From the NCBI GenBank assembly GCA_018266175.1, contig JAFEAY010000003.1, forward strand, positions 168,642 through 232,641: DNA of 64,000 nucleotides. Direction: 5' to 3'. Below the pieces are notes generated by a model, which was not told the origin of the DNA, searched no databases, and saw only the letters and a list, made by a program, of their open reading frames with translations. Of this stretch, positions 9,072-20,565 are shown one piece after another (position 1 is the stretch's first letter; each line of letters starts with the position of its first letter). The DNA is from Candidatus Babelota bacterium. Lineage in GTDB: Bacteria; Babelota; Babeliae; Babelales; RVW-14. Both the position numbers and the translations under genes were made by a program.

Positions 9072-10784
9072 CTATTCACACTTGTTCAAATCAGCGGCTC
9101 GTGCAAGCACCGCTTCAAGCGTCAACCCAAACTCTTGAGTGCCATCAGCAAGACGCAAAGTCACAGTATTTTGTTCTTGCTCTTTTTTTCCAAGAACAAT
9201 CATCCACGGAACTTTGTCCACTTGTGCACGGCGAATTTGTGCGGAAATCTGATCGCCTGTTTCGTCAAGCTCCATACGCAGCCCCGCAGCGGTAATTTGG
9301 TCTGCTACACGGCGTGAATAATCGGCCTGGTGATCGGTAATTTTGAGCACACGTACTTGGACCGGAGCCAACCAGAAGGGCAGATGCCCTTTAAAATGCT
9401 CAAGCAAAATTCCCAAAAAGCGCTCAATTGATCCATAAATTGCAACGTGCATAATGACTGGACGTTTACGCGATTGATCAGCATCAATATACTCAAGCTT
9501 GAAATTTTCCGGTTGAATAAAGTCAATTTGACAGGTTCCACATTGCCACTCACGTCCCATTGCATCAAGAATTTTGATATCAATTTTGGGACCATAAAAA
9601 GCTCCACCGCCCTCATCAACTTCGTATGCAATTCCCATTTCTTCAAAAGTGTTACGCAACACTGCTGTTGCTTTTTCCCAAACCTCTGAACCGCTCCCCA
9701 TCGACTTTTCTGGGCGAGTCGATAAAAAGTACTTAATAGAGCTGAATCCAAATTTCTTGTATATTTTATCAACACGTTCAAGAACCAATTTTACCGCATC
9801 GCCAATTTGATCAACAGTACAAAAAGTATGTGAATCATCTTGTGTAAAGCCACGCACTCTAAATAAACCATGGAGTACACCAGAAAGCTCACGACGATGC
9901 ACAAAGCCAAACTCTGCAAGGCGAAGTGGAAGTTCTTTGTATGAACGAGGCCGCTCTTGATAATGCAAAATTGCCCCGGGACAGTTCATCGGCTTAACAC
10001 AAAACGGGACGTCTTCGGTACTGGTGAAAAACATATTTTCACGATAGTTATCATAATGACCCGAAGTATGCCAGAGCGATTCATTCAAGATAAAAGGAGT
10101 TTTAATCTCTTGATACAGTGAACCACGAAGCTTACGCATCAAATCAATAAGTTTATGATAGACAATCAAACCCTTGTGATGAAAAAATGGAACACCGGGA
10201 GAAACATCGTGAAATGAGAAGAGTTCAAGTTGTTTACCAAGCTTGCGATGGTCATACAACTCAGCCTCTTCAATACGCTTAAAATAAGCGTCCATTGCTT
10301 CTTGAGTTTCAAATGCGACTCCACTGATACGCTGCAGCGCGATACCGTCGCGATTTGCTCGCCAGTATGAACCGGAAATTGCAGTCAGTTTAAAAAACTT
10401 AATTTCACCGATTGCATCAACATGACCACCTTTACAGAGGTCATAAAAATCGCCTTGATGATAAACACCAACGGTTTCATCAGCAATACCATCAATCAAT
10501 TCAAGTTTGAATTGATTATCTTTAAACATCGGCCGAGCCTGGTCTTTAGGAATTTGACCGCCAGTAATTTTGTAATTTTTCTTGGCAAGCTCGCGCATTC
10601 GTTTTTCGATAACAGTCAAGTCATCTTCTTTAAAATTTTTTAACGGTAAAAAGTCATAAAAAAAACCGTACTCGGTCACCGGACCGATAGTAAGCTTTGT
10701 TCCTGGAAACAACCCCAGAACCGCTTGTGCAAGCAAATGCGCTGCAGAATGGCGCAGATTGTGCAAATAATTATTATCGTTCAC
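9072..10784 (-). CDS. thrS: Threonine--tRNA ligase (no N-terminal TGS domain; editing HxxxH retained)
   Basis: RHSAAHLLAQAV and DLCKGGHV (editing-domain Zn motifs) plus class II core blocks (FRVRGFTQDDSHTF, GGGAFYGPKIDI) and a C-terminal anticodon-binding domain. GTG start at 10784. Confidence 0.95.
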   Translation of the reverse strand: MNDNNYLHNLRHSAAHLLAQAVLGLFPGTKLTIGPVTEYGFFYDFLPLKNFKEDDLTVIEKRMRELAKKNYKITGGQIPKDQARPMFKDNQFKLELIDGIADETVGVYHQGDFYDLCKGGHVDAIGEIKFFKLTAISGSYWRANRDGIALQRISGVAFETQEAMDAYFKRIEEAELYDHRKLGKQLELFSFHDVSPGVPFFHHKGLIVYHKLIDLMRKLRGSLYQEIKTPFILNESLWHTSGHYDNYRENMFFTSTEDVPFCVKPMNCPGAILHYQERPRSYKELPLRLAEFGFVHRRELSGVLHGLFRVRGFTQDDSHTFCTVDQIGDAVKLVLERVDKIYKKFGFSSIKYFLSTRPEKSMGSGSEVWEKATAVLRNTFEEMGIAYEVDEGGGAFYGPKIDIKILDAMGREWQCGTCQIDFIQPENFKLEYIDADQSRKRPVIMHVAIYGSIERFLGILLEHFKGHLPFWLAPVQVRVLKITDHQADYSRRVADQITAAGLRMELDETGDQISAQIRRAQVDKVPWMIVLGKKEQEQNTVTLRLADGTQEFGLTLEAVLARAADLNKCE

Positions 10785-10890
10785 GATTAATCCTTTCAGT
10801 AAACTCAGCCAAACTATAGCAGAGTCGTGAAAATTTTATACCCCACTGCTCTTTTGCAGGAGAGAAACATACATAAAAATAATTGGTTGA

Positions 10891-10918
10891 GAATAAAAAG
10901 ATACTGCCCTTAGGCAGT
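10891..10918 (-). terminator. Intrinsic-terminator-like hairpin overlapping the end of the Thr-rich leader ORF (putative attenuator)
   Basis: The minus-strand RNA is ACUGCC-UAAG-GGCAGU followed by AUCUUUUUAUU. The 5' arm is the last Thr and Ala codons of the leader ORF, and the stop codon lies in the loop. Confidence 0.45.
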
Positions 10919-11020
10919 CGTAGTCGTGATTATCGAAGAAATGGTCGTTGCAATCATGCAACGCATAAGGAATTGAGCATCACACTCACGTGCAGATAAT
11001 TTGAAGCAGAGCGCGTTCAT
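10910..11020 (-). CDS. Putative thrS leader peptide (36 aa, Thr/Ile/Ser-rich C-terminus)
   Basis: ATG at 11020 is preceded by AGGA 4 nt upstream. It translates to MNALCFKLSARECDAQFLMRCMIATTISSIITTTTA*, with Thr codons ACG ACC ... ACG ACT ACG ACT. It lies 125 nt upstream of the thrS start and is below the ORF-track size cut-off. Confidence 0.45.
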   Translation of the reverse strand: MNALCFKLSARECDAQFLMRCMIATTISSIITTTTA

Positions 11021-11194
11021 AACATCCTTAGTTAAACGCCATTGTATAGGTCAACTAACAATCTTATTATATAAAATTCGAGCACAAAGAGCAAAAACTA
11101 TTCAAATGTGTCCTCTAAATAGAGACCTGCCTAATTTAAAAAAAGAATCTCTCCTTATTTAAATCATTCAATTTTCAACATAATTAATACAATA

Positions 11195-11222
11195 TTGACA
11201 GATTGAATATTTATGATAGATT
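11195..11222 (+). promoter_or_regulatory. Sigma70-type promoter of zinc-finger member 4
   Basis: TTGACAgattgaatatttatgaTAGATT. The -35 and first 14 spacer nt are nearly identical to the member-2 promoter. Confidence 0.5.
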
Positions 11223-11262
11223 GATATGAAACTGTATTTTAAATGAAAAAAGCGGGGTTCTC

Positions 11263-12801
<1,539 letters not shown>

Positions 12802-12995
12802 GCTTGAAAATTACGACTCTTCCATTCCCTTAAAAAAATTTCACTGATCAAAAACAAGAGCTCTCATGTTTGCATATTTTGCATTTATTTCTTGGAACTC
12901 AAAATTCCAAAAACCTCAATTCATTGCAGTAAGCCTCTCAAGGCTGATACCATGAAAACTGTCATATTCCTGTAGTGCTAACAAAGGAGAGTTTC

Positions 12996-14465
12996 ATGAC
13001 AAACAAATGCAAAGATGTTCTTGCATCAGGAACCCACCCAGGTAGCGAGCTGAAAAAAATCTTTGTTCTTGATACAAACGTCTTACTTCACGACCCTGAT
13101 TCTCTTTTTGCCTTTCAAAGTGCTGTGGTTGGGATTCCTTATGTCGTCCTTGAAGAGCTTGACACCTTCAAACGCGAAGCAGGGGAACTTGGCCGCAACG
13201 CTCGAGAAGCAATCAGAAAATTGGATGAACTCCGAACCCAAGGATGTCTTGGAGTCGGCGTTGAACTCAACCACAATAGCAACGCAGTTCTCAAGGTATA
13301 CCCCACTCCCAAACTCACTTTCTCTCAAGAAAATAACTACAGTCTCAAAGATAATCTCATCATCCAAACCGTTATGGACATCGCAAAAGAAGGCTATGAA
13401 GTCAAACTGATTACCAAGGATATTAACGTACGCGTCAAAGCCGATGTTTTAGGGCTTGACTCAGAAGATTACACAAAGGGGACAATTAGTTATTCCGATT
13501 TTTATACAGGTTGGATACGAGTTCCTGTTGCTCCGAATGATTTACGGTCAATGACCCCCCGACGACTTGCAACCGTTGTAGCAACCGACACGCTCATGCC
13601 AAACCAGTTCGTTATTCTTGAAAGCGAAAGTAACCAATACAATTATCGCTTGTTCCGTTACTTAGGTGATACGACCTTTAAAGAGGTGCAGAACATCACG
13701 CTCATGCAAAGCTTTCAAGCAAAAAACATTCAACAGCTTATGGCTCTAGATCTGCTTATGGATGACTCGGTACAGCTCATCACGCTCCTCGGACCAGCTG
13801 GAACTGGTAAAACATTTTTAACCTTGCTTGCAGGACTTTATAAAGTTGCTTATGAAAAAGTTTACCGTCGCTTTTTGGTAACAAGGCCGGTTGTTGCATT
13901 GGGTGCAGACGTTGGTTACCTGCCCGGCGATTTGCAAGAAAAACTCCACTACTGGATGCAACCGGTGCACGATAACTTAGAGTTTATCTTCAGCCAAATG
14001 ATGCGAGGAGCCGAAGAGCAATACAACTTGGGTGCCAAAAACAAATCAAAAGCAAAAGATGGCAAAAAGGATCGCCGCCATTCGCATGACAGCAATCATT
14101 CCCACGGCGGACTTCCACACATGGAATCTCATACCGTAGAACGACTTCAACAAAAAGGTATTTTGAGCCTGGAGGCAATTACGTACATGCGCGGCCGTTC
14201 AATTCCCTATCAATTTGTATTCATTGATGAAGTGCAAAACTTAACGCCGCACGAGGTAAAAACTATTGTCAGCCGAGCGGGAGAAGGAACCAAGGTTATT
14301 CTTGCAGGCGACCCTTACCAAATCGATTCGCCCTATCTTGATTTCACGAGCAACGGGCTGACCGTTACTGCTGAAAAATTTAAAGATCAAAAAATTTCAG
14401 GAACTGTATTCTTAGAGATTAGCGAACGCTCTGAGCTTGCTAAGCTTGCTGCAGAGATTCTATAA
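12996..14465 (+). CDS. PIN-domain plus PhoH-like ATPase (PhoH2/YlaK type)
   Basis: N-terminal PIN motif FVLDTNVLLHDP...LEELD, Walker A LLGPAGTGKTF, Walker B FVFIDEVQNL and AGDPYQID. Start moved to the ATG at 12996 (AAGGAG upstream) from the track GTG at 12975. Confidence 0.85.
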   Translation: MTNKCKDVLASGTHPGSELKKIFVLDTNVLLHDPDSLFAFQSAVVGIPYVVLEELDTFKREAGELGRNAREAIRKLDELRTQGCLGVGVELNHNSNAVLKVYPTPKLTFSQENNYSLKDNLIIQTVMDIAKEGYEVKLITKDINVRVKADVLGLDSEDYTKGTISYSDFYTGWIRVPVAPNDLRSMTPRRLATVVATDTLMPNQFVILESESNQYNYRLFRYLGDTTFKEVQNITLMQSFQAKNIQQLMALDLLMDDSVQLITLLGPAGTGKTFLTLLAGLYKVAYEKVYRRFLVTRPVVALGADVGYLPGDLQEKLHYWMQPVHDNLEFIFSQMMRGAEEQYNLGAKNKSKAKDGKKDRRHSHDSNHSHGGLPHMESHTVERLQQKGILSLEAITYMRGRSIPYQFVFIDEVQNLTPHEVKTIVSRAGEGTKVILAGDPYQIDSPYLDFTSNGLTVTAEKFKDQKISGTVFLEISERSELAKLAAEIL

Positions 14466-14508
14466 CCAATGTACCGAGCCGGATTATGACACAGGCTGAT
14501 TTTGAACA

Positions 14509-15186
14509 TCAGCCTGCTTTTTTTGTGATAATTTCTAGAAATTTATCAACCGTTTGATGAAACGTTAAATCAGAACTATCAATGATCACCGCATCTTGCG
14601 GAACAACCAACGGGGCAATTGCACGCGTGCTATCACGTTGATCGCGTGCAATCAACTGACCACTTACATACTGCTCATCATGCCCAGCATGAGCACGATT
14701 AGGGTCTTTTAAAATCCGTTGCACACGAGACTCAACGCTTGCGGTCAGAAAAAATTTAAAATCAGCATCCGGAAAAACCACCGAGCCACAATCACGACCA
14801 TCAACTATAACATCATAATCTTTGGCAACAGCACGCTGTACATCAAGCAGTCGATGCCTCACTTCAGGCAATGCGCTCAATGCTGACGCAGACTGACTCA
14901 AAGCTTCATCAAAAAGAAACTCCGTAATATCAATACCTTTAAAAAAAACTAAACCATGCCCATCTTTAAAGCGAAATTGTATTTCTGAGACAAAGCTCAA
15001 ATCGATATTTTGAATATCAACTGCATGATTGTTTGAGCTATCTGAATGCACAAAATACATCACCACATAAGCAACAGCTCGGTACAAAAGCCCTGTTGAA
15101 AAGTGATGAATGCCGAGCTTTCGAGCAATTTCTTGTGCCACAGAGCTTTTACCACTTGCACCCGGGCCATCGATAGTAATTATCAT
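14509..15186 (-). CDS. cmk: Cytidylate kinase
   Basis: IITIDGPGASGKSSVAQEIARKLG P-loop, plus GRDCGSVVFPDA and a typical length. Confidence 0.9.
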   Translation of the reverse strand: MIITIDGPGASGKSSVAQEIARKLGIHHFSTGLLYRAVAYVVMYFVHSDSSNNHAVDIQNIDLSFVSEIQFRFKDGHGLVFFKGIDITEFLFDEALSQSASALSALPEVRHRLLDVQRAVAKDYDVIVDGRDCGSVVFPDADFKFFLTASVESRVQRILKDPNRAHAGHDEQYVSGQLIARDQRDSTRAIAPLVVPQDAVIIDSSDLTFHQTVDKFLEIITKKAG

Positions 15187-15215
15187 AACGTGTACTTTTT
15201 CCTTTTAACTACTGA

Positions 15216-16049
15216 CTACTCATCACTGGATAAAGGGCTCTTTATAGAACAACTACTCCAGCTCGAGCTTAATTTTTGAAAACTCGCAAAAGAACTTTGA
15301 TGTTGATTGATCAGAATTCGTATTTCATCATGAGCTAACTGAAGCTCTGTAAAAATTTTCATCATGATCACATTGAGCTGTCGAGCCATAAGGCCTTTTT
15401 GACTTTCCCATCGCTCATCAGAAATAGGTGCTACTGGACGAGACGATCTTTCTTTAATTGCCCGCACTTTTCCTTGCTCTCTTTTTAATTTTTCTTTTTC
15501 TCGTTCTAATTCTGCAAGAACCTCTCGCCATTCATTTTGAGTTACGCTGTCAAGTCTGCCTACGGCAACAATAAAAATTTGTACCGCAAAATCTAGTAAT
15601 TGCTGGCGATTTTCATCGGTAATAGTTTTTAAGTCATTAAAAAACTGATCGATTCTTTGATACTCAGCGCTCAATCTCAGCAGATTGCTCAAAAACTCTC
15701 GATCTGTTTTATACAAACCCAAAGATACTTCAGTAAACCGAGGGCTTGAAATCGCACGCTCAAATTGGTTATCATGGCGCATATCATCAATATCCGAATT
15801 ATTCTGCTCATCCTGATTACTATCATCACAGTAACTATCCGCATCCTTATCGAAGTCAAACTGCAATTCAAACTGAGATGGAGATGCTGGCTTAAAGCCT
15901 TTAAATGTATCAAACGATGTTGGATAAGAACCAAATGATCTTGATTTAGATACTCCAAATTGATCTTGATCCATAGCATAAATATCAACATTTAAAACTA
16001 TAATCATGCAGCTTATCGTCAAAACCGAAAATATATTCTTCATATTCAT
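15216..16049 (-). CDS. Hypothetical exported coiled-coil protein
   Basis: Start at the ATG at 16049 (GGGGAG upstream). Signal-peptide-like MNMKNIFSVLTISCMIIVLNVDIYA followed by MDQDQF. Charged heptad-like stretch ELEREKEKLKREQGK. No recognisable family. Confidence 0.6.
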   Translation of the reverse strand: MNMKNIFSVLTISCMIIVLNVDIYAMDQDQFGVSKSRSFGSYPTSFDTFKGFKPASPSQFELQFDFDKDADSYCDDSNQDEQNNSDIDDMRHDNQFERAISSPRFTEVSLGLYKTDREFLSNLLRLSAEYQRIDQFFNDLKTITDENRQQLLDFAVQIFIVAVGRLDSVTQNEWREVLAELEREKEKLKREQGKVRAIKERSSRPVAPISDERWESQKGLMARQLNVIMMKIFTELQLAHDEIRILINQHQSSFASFQKLSSSWSSCSIKSPLSSDE

Positions 16050-16279
16050 GATGCTCCCCTTGCTCAAAATATTGCCTACTCACCTCAAAAAAGATAGCTC
16101 ACAACTCGCCGGTTAGTATATCGCACCAATAAAAACAAAGTCAAAATAATGACCAAAGCTCGGTTTCATGGTATGTTTGAGCATTAAAATTTATGTAACC
16201 CAATTAAGCTAAGTTGTGATCTAAGAATTGAGCTTAAATTTTTTTGTTTTGCAGATAAACTCAATGCTTTCAGGGACTC

Positions 16280-16378
16280 GTCATCCTCGCGAAGGCGGGG
16301 ATCAGGATTAAAAGTTTCCTTATAAAACAAGGAGATATAACGGATCCCCGACTCGTCCTGCGGACTCTCGAGGATGAC
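16280..16378. repeat. GC-rich palindromic element (GGATCCC...GGATGAC family) upstream of mutS
   Basis: Terminal inverted repeats GTCATCCTCG (16280-16289) and CGAGGATGAC (16369-16378), with inner ggcggggatc / gatccccg. The right half is shared with the element at 45173-45271. Confidence 0.65.
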
Positions 16379-16454
16379 AAACCCTATTTAAGTCAATTTA
16401 TTTCTAGCAATAAACAAAGGTCACAACTTCGATTAATCTAAAAATTCAGGTCCC

Positions 16455-19127
16455 ATGGAAAAAACAGTACCGGAAAAATTAACCCCGCTCATGCAGCAAT
16501 ACTTCGACATAAAACAGCAGTTCACCGATACTCTCTTGTTCTTTCAAGTAGGTGATTTTTACGAGCTTTTTTTTGATGATGCAAAAATTGCTTCCGCATT
16601 TCTTGCGATCACTTTGACCAAGCGGGGCAAAAATAACGGCGCTGATATTCCGCTGTGTGGTGTTCCTATTCATGCACTTGATCATTATCTGGTGAAATTG
16701 ATCAGAGGTGGTTTTAAGGTTGCACTGTGCGATCAACTCACCAAACCGCAACCGGGCACCGTTGTGCAACGGGGGATAACACGTGTTTTTACTCCTGGAA
16801 CACTCATCGATGCCGGCATGCTTGACGATAAATCAGCATCGTACCTGCTCACTTTTTATCCACTACCCGACCGCTGGGGCATTTTATTTACCGAACTGTT
16901 AACCGCACAACTTTTTGCAACGACAGTCCCTGCCGATTCATACCGACACATCGAAGCGGAACTTATCCGCTTTTTTCCCGATGAAATCATTTTGCCCAAG
17001 CTCAAAAAAATTGAACATTTCGATACCTACTTCAAAAAAATGGGCTACTGTACCAGCTTTATTGATGCACACATTCAAGCAAACGATGTGCAGAGTGAGG
17101 AAGAACCAAAAAGCTCAGAATCTCAAGCATGGATTGAGCAGCAATTCCCTGCGCAAGCGGTCCGCACAATTCACCAGCAACCGGCGTTTGAACAATCACT
17201 CACCACGCTCTATCACTATTTAAAAAGAAATCAAAGCGCTTCGCTTGAACAGTTCAAATCGATTCAATTTTATGAACCGGATGATTACCTAATTCTTGAT
17301 TTGGCAACACAAAAAAATCTTGAAATCATTAATAACACACAAGATGGCGGAAGAAAGAACACACTCTTTTCAGTACTTGATCACGCAAAAACTCCGATGG
17401 GTTCTCGAACGATTAAAAAATGGCTCTCACGCCCACTGGTGCAAAAAACAAGTATTATTCAACGACAAGAGGTGGTTAAAGAGCTTGTCTCAAATTTTGA
17501 ACTCACAAGAAAGCTTGATGATAATCTATCAAACATTGCTGATATCGAGCGCATTATTGGCAGAATTGCACTCACGCGTGCCACCCTTCACGACTACAGC
17601 GCGCTCAAAAACTCACTATCACTCATGCCTAAAATTAAGCAGCTCCTGAGCAAATTGGCGCATGTTCCGCTTGCGCAAGCAATCGCCGAAAAAATTGCTG
17701 ACTTTACACCGCTGGTACAGTTGCTTGAATTAAGCGCTAATGATGACACAGCGTTGAGTTACACCATTAAGCCTGGGTTTGACTTAGAGCTTGATCGACT
17801 TCGGGGCTTGTCGACCAATGGTCATGAAGCAATTTTAGCGCTGGAACAGCAAGAACGAATACGTACTGGAATTTCAAGTTTAAAAATTGGTTACACACAT
17901 CAAACCGGTTATTACATAGAAATTACCAATCCGAACCTGGACAAAGTTCCTGCAGACTTCATGGCCCAACAAACTATGGTTGGACGCAAGCGTTTTATCT
18001 CTCAACAGCTCAAAGCACTTGAAGTTGAAATTTTGCAAGCCACTGCACAAATCGAACAACTTGAAGCCACCATATTTGCACGCGTTAAATTAGAAGTTGC
18101 GCACTATCTTGCTCCGCTTCGCCATGCAGCACAAAGCATTGCCTACCTTGATGGGCTTTTTGGTTTTGCAGCTGCAGCACACCACAATCGTTATATCACA
18201 CCGGAGTTTAATGACCGACAAGAGATTATAATTTCAGCTGGTCGACATCCCGTTGTTGAAGAAAGCTTAGGTCATCTTTTTGTCCCCAATAACACCAACT
18301 TGACTATCGATGAATCACTTTGGGTCATCACTGGTCCAAATATGGGCGGTAAATCAACGTATCTGCGCCAAGTGGGCTTAATTTGTATCATGGCACAATG
18401 TGGAAGCCTTGTTCCTGCCCAAGCTGCAAGCTTACCAATCCTTGACCGAATTTTTACACGCATTGGGTCAGGTGATAATGTTGCTCAGGGGAAAAGTACC
18501 TTCCTCGTTGAGATGGAAGAAACAGCGGTTATTTGCACGCAAGCAACATCAAAAAGCTTGGTGATTCTAGACGAAGTTGGACGCGGCACCAGTACCTTTG
18601 ATGGCATTGCACTGGCTCAAGCAATTATCGAACACATCTTTACTCAGATTACAGCAAAGTGTCTTTTTGCAACGCATTATCACGAGCTCACTGAACTTGC
18701 GGCAATGCATCCGGGCATTAAAAATTACCACTTGGCCAGTACCAAAAAAGGAGACCAGTTATTATTTTTGCATAAAATTGAACCGGGAGTTGCACCCGGA
18801 AGTTTTGGACTTGATGTTGCCAAGCTTGCGGGACTGCCGCATTCAATCACTCAGCGAGCAAAAACCATTTTGCATCAACTCCAAGCTACAAGCGAAGCTC
18901 ACCAAAAACCTACGCAACAATCATTTTTGTATCACGCTGCACATACAACCTCGATAGATTCTGATGAAGAACAGCTCCATCAAACAATCAGAAATCTTGA
19001 ACTCCAAGTCACACAACAGCAAGAGCTCCTTGCTCAACTCACCAATCTTGATATCAATAATTTGACTCCTCGACAGGCGCTCGAATTTATCTGGGATCTT
19101 AAAGAGAAATTGAACGAAAAAGATTAA
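16455..19127 (+). CDS. mutS: DNA mismatch repair protein MutS
   Basis: N-terminal TPLMQQYFDIKQQF...FFQVGDFYELFFDDA, Walker A ITGPNMGGKSTYLRQ, STFLVEMEE, DEVGRGTSTFDG and FATHYHELT. Confidence 0.95.
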   Translation: MEKTVPEKLTPLMQQYFDIKQQFTDTLLFFQVGDFYELFFDDAKIASAFLAITLTKRGKNNGADIPLCGVPIHALDHYLVKLIRGGFKVALCDQLTKPQPGTVVQRGITRVFTPGTLIDAGMLDDKSASYLLTFYPLPDRWGILFTELLTAQLFATTVPADSYRHIEAELIRFFPDEIILPKLKKIEHFDTYFKKMGYCTSFIDAHIQANDVQSEEEPKSSESQAWIEQQFPAQAVRTIHQQPAFEQSLTTLYHYLKRNQSASLEQFKSIQFYEPDDYLILDLATQKNLEIINNTQDGGRKNTLFSVLDHAKTPMGSRTIKKWLSRPLVQKTSIIQRQEVVKELVSNFELTRKLDDNLSNIADIERIIGRIALTRATLHDYSALKNSLSLMPKIKQLLSKLAHVPLAQAIAEKIADFTPLVQLLELSANDDTALSYTIKPGFDLELDRLRGLSTNGHEAILALEQQERIRTGISSLKIGYTHQTGYYIEITNPNLDKVPADFMAQQTMVGRKRFISQQLKALEVEILQATAQIEQLEATIFARVKLEVAHYLAPLRHAAQSIAYLDGLFGFAAAAHHNRYITPEFNDRQEIIISAGRHPVVEESLGHLFVPNNTNLTIDESLWVITGPNMGGKSTYLRQVGLICIMAQCGSLVPAQAASLPILDRIFTRIGSGDNVAQGKSTFLVEMEETAVICTQATSKSLVILDEVGRGTSTFDGIALAQAIIEHIFTQITAKCLFATHYHELTELAAMHPGIKNYHLASTKKGDQLLFLHKIEPGVAPGSFGLDVAKLAGLPHSITQRAKTILHQLQATSEAHQKPTQQSFLYHAAHTTSIDSDEEQLHQTIRNLELQVTQQQELLAQLTNLDINNLTPRQALEFIWDLKEKLNEKD

Positions 19128-19131
19128 GCTC

Positions 19132-19159
19132 TTGATCGGGTATATCCGTCTGGTATGAT
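19132..19159 (+). promoter_or_regulatory. Sigma70-type promoter upstream of the PP2C gene
   Basis: TTGATC (19132-19137), 16-nt spacer, TATGAT (19154-19159). Confidence 0.45.
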
Positions 19160-19249
19160 AAAATATGCCTTATGATTGATAATTGACTGAGAAGACGCAA
19201 AAAATTCACGTTACCGTGACCGTTAATACTCAAATTAGAAGAGAGCAGT

Positions 19250-20257
19250 ATGATCAACCAATCATTATTTTTTATTGCATTTTTTGCTATCACATTTTCT
19301 ACATCAACGATAACACCTCTTTCACTTGTTCACGGCTCATGGAGTGCACAAGGTGAACGAACGAGCCAGCAAGACAGATATGTAAGTAATACGTTTGGTA
19401 TTGAGGATAAACAAGTCTATTGCTTTGGTATTTTCGATGGCCATGGCCAGGTTCGCATGGGACACCTTGTTGCTCAGTATGCACAAAATCACCTACACAA
19501 TGAACTTGCACCAAAAGTAGTGTCACTCTTCCAATCAAACAACTTACACCGCGTACCAGATCTCATTCAAGAATCATTTCAAGAATTTGATAAAGATTTA
19601 AAAAACAAGAATCCTAATTTTACTTTTAATAGCGGAACAACCGCAACAACGATAATGATCATCGAAGATCACTGTATTGTTGCAAACGTTGGTGACTCGC
19701 AAGCGTATCTTCAGGTATCCAATTTAATGGCGCCACAAGTCCTCACAGAAAATCATGTTCTTAATGAAAATTTTTGCAAACAATTTGAGAAATCTGATAC
19801 TACTTATTTAGAAAAAAGAGTTACTACAGAAATCTTTTACCAAGACTTTCCATTTAATCAAGAAAATTGCATCCGAAGAATCCATCACAATACTTACATT
19901 GTTGCTCAATACGATAATGAGAGAGGAGCCTATGAAAGCTTATTAAATTTGTCACGAACTCTTGGCGACTCACTCTTTTTCCCGCACGTAACGGCTCTTC
20001 CATTCGTACAAAACTTCTCTTTAACGCCAGAGCACCAGTTTATTATCATTGCAAGTGATGGCTTGTGGGATAATATGACCGGCAAAGCAGCAACAAATTT
20101 TGTACTAGCCTACCTTCAAGAAAATGATATGAATATACAGACAATAACACCTGACCAGGCACAAACCATAGCACAAGCACTTGTAGACGCATCACTTACA
20201 ATCAGCAAGCACGATAATACAACTGCAACCATTATCTTTTTTCAACACACTCCATAA
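19250..20257 (+). CDS. PP2C-family Ser/Thr protein phosphatase with N-terminal signal peptide
   Basis: PP2C motifs in order: RTSQQDRY, FGIFDGHG, SGTTAT, VANVGDSQAY, IIASDGLWD, DNTTATIIF. Hydrophobic N-terminus MINQSLFFIAFFAITFSTS. Confidence 0.8.
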   Translation: MINQSLFFIAFFAITFSTSTITPLSLVHGSWSAQGERTSQQDRYVSNTFGIEDKQVYCFGIFDGHGQVRMGHLVAQYAQNHLHNELAPKVVSLFQSNNLHRVPDLIQESFQEFDKDLKNKNPNFTFNSGTTATTIMIIEDHCIVANVGDSQAYLQVSNLMAPQVLTENHVLNENFCKQFEKSDTTYLEKRVTTEIFYQDFPFNQENCIRRIHHNTYIVAQYDNERGAYESLLNLSRTLGDSLFFPHVTALPFVQNFSLTPEHQFIIIASDGLWDNMTGKAATNFVLAYLQENDMNIQTITPDQAQTIAQALVDASLTISKHDNTTATIIFFQHTP

Positions 20258-20440
20258 ACTATACTTCTTTAATTACATCTGTCGTATTTCTTAACTTAAG
20301 TTTTCCGATCTTCTGTTCAAGTTGCTGCTCAAGATCATAGATAATCTGCTCACTTGTAAGTTGACTAACCAACGCGCAGGCGGCAACATCAAAGCTTATT
20401 AATATGTCATAGATTGAATCACATCAAATATCAATATATT

Positions 20441-20481
20441 TTTAAATATTATTTACATTTGTAATTATCGTTCGGCATAAT
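20441..20481 (+). promoter_or_regulatory. Conserved AT-rich promoter motif (copy 1) for the polybasic-tail protein gene
   Basis: tttaaatattaTTTACAtttgtaattatcgttcggCATAAT: -35 TTTACA, 18-nt spacer, -10 CATAAT. It matches the motifs at 21565, 23141, 52447 and 58935. Confidence 0.5.
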
Positions 20482-20565
20482 GAATTTACGGAATATCATG
20501 AACGGCTTCATGGTACTCCACTATAAATTATTTAAAACGTTGCCCAATAAGGGGAGAATCCTATT

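Noticed and set aside
20262-20420. Minus-strand open frame downstream of the PP2C gene (...SFDVAACALVSQLTSEQIIYDLEQQLEQKIGKLKLRNTTDVIKEV*)
   Set aside because: No start codon lies in frame after the upstream stop, and no motif is recognisable. It may be a gene remnant, or the similarity may be coincidental.
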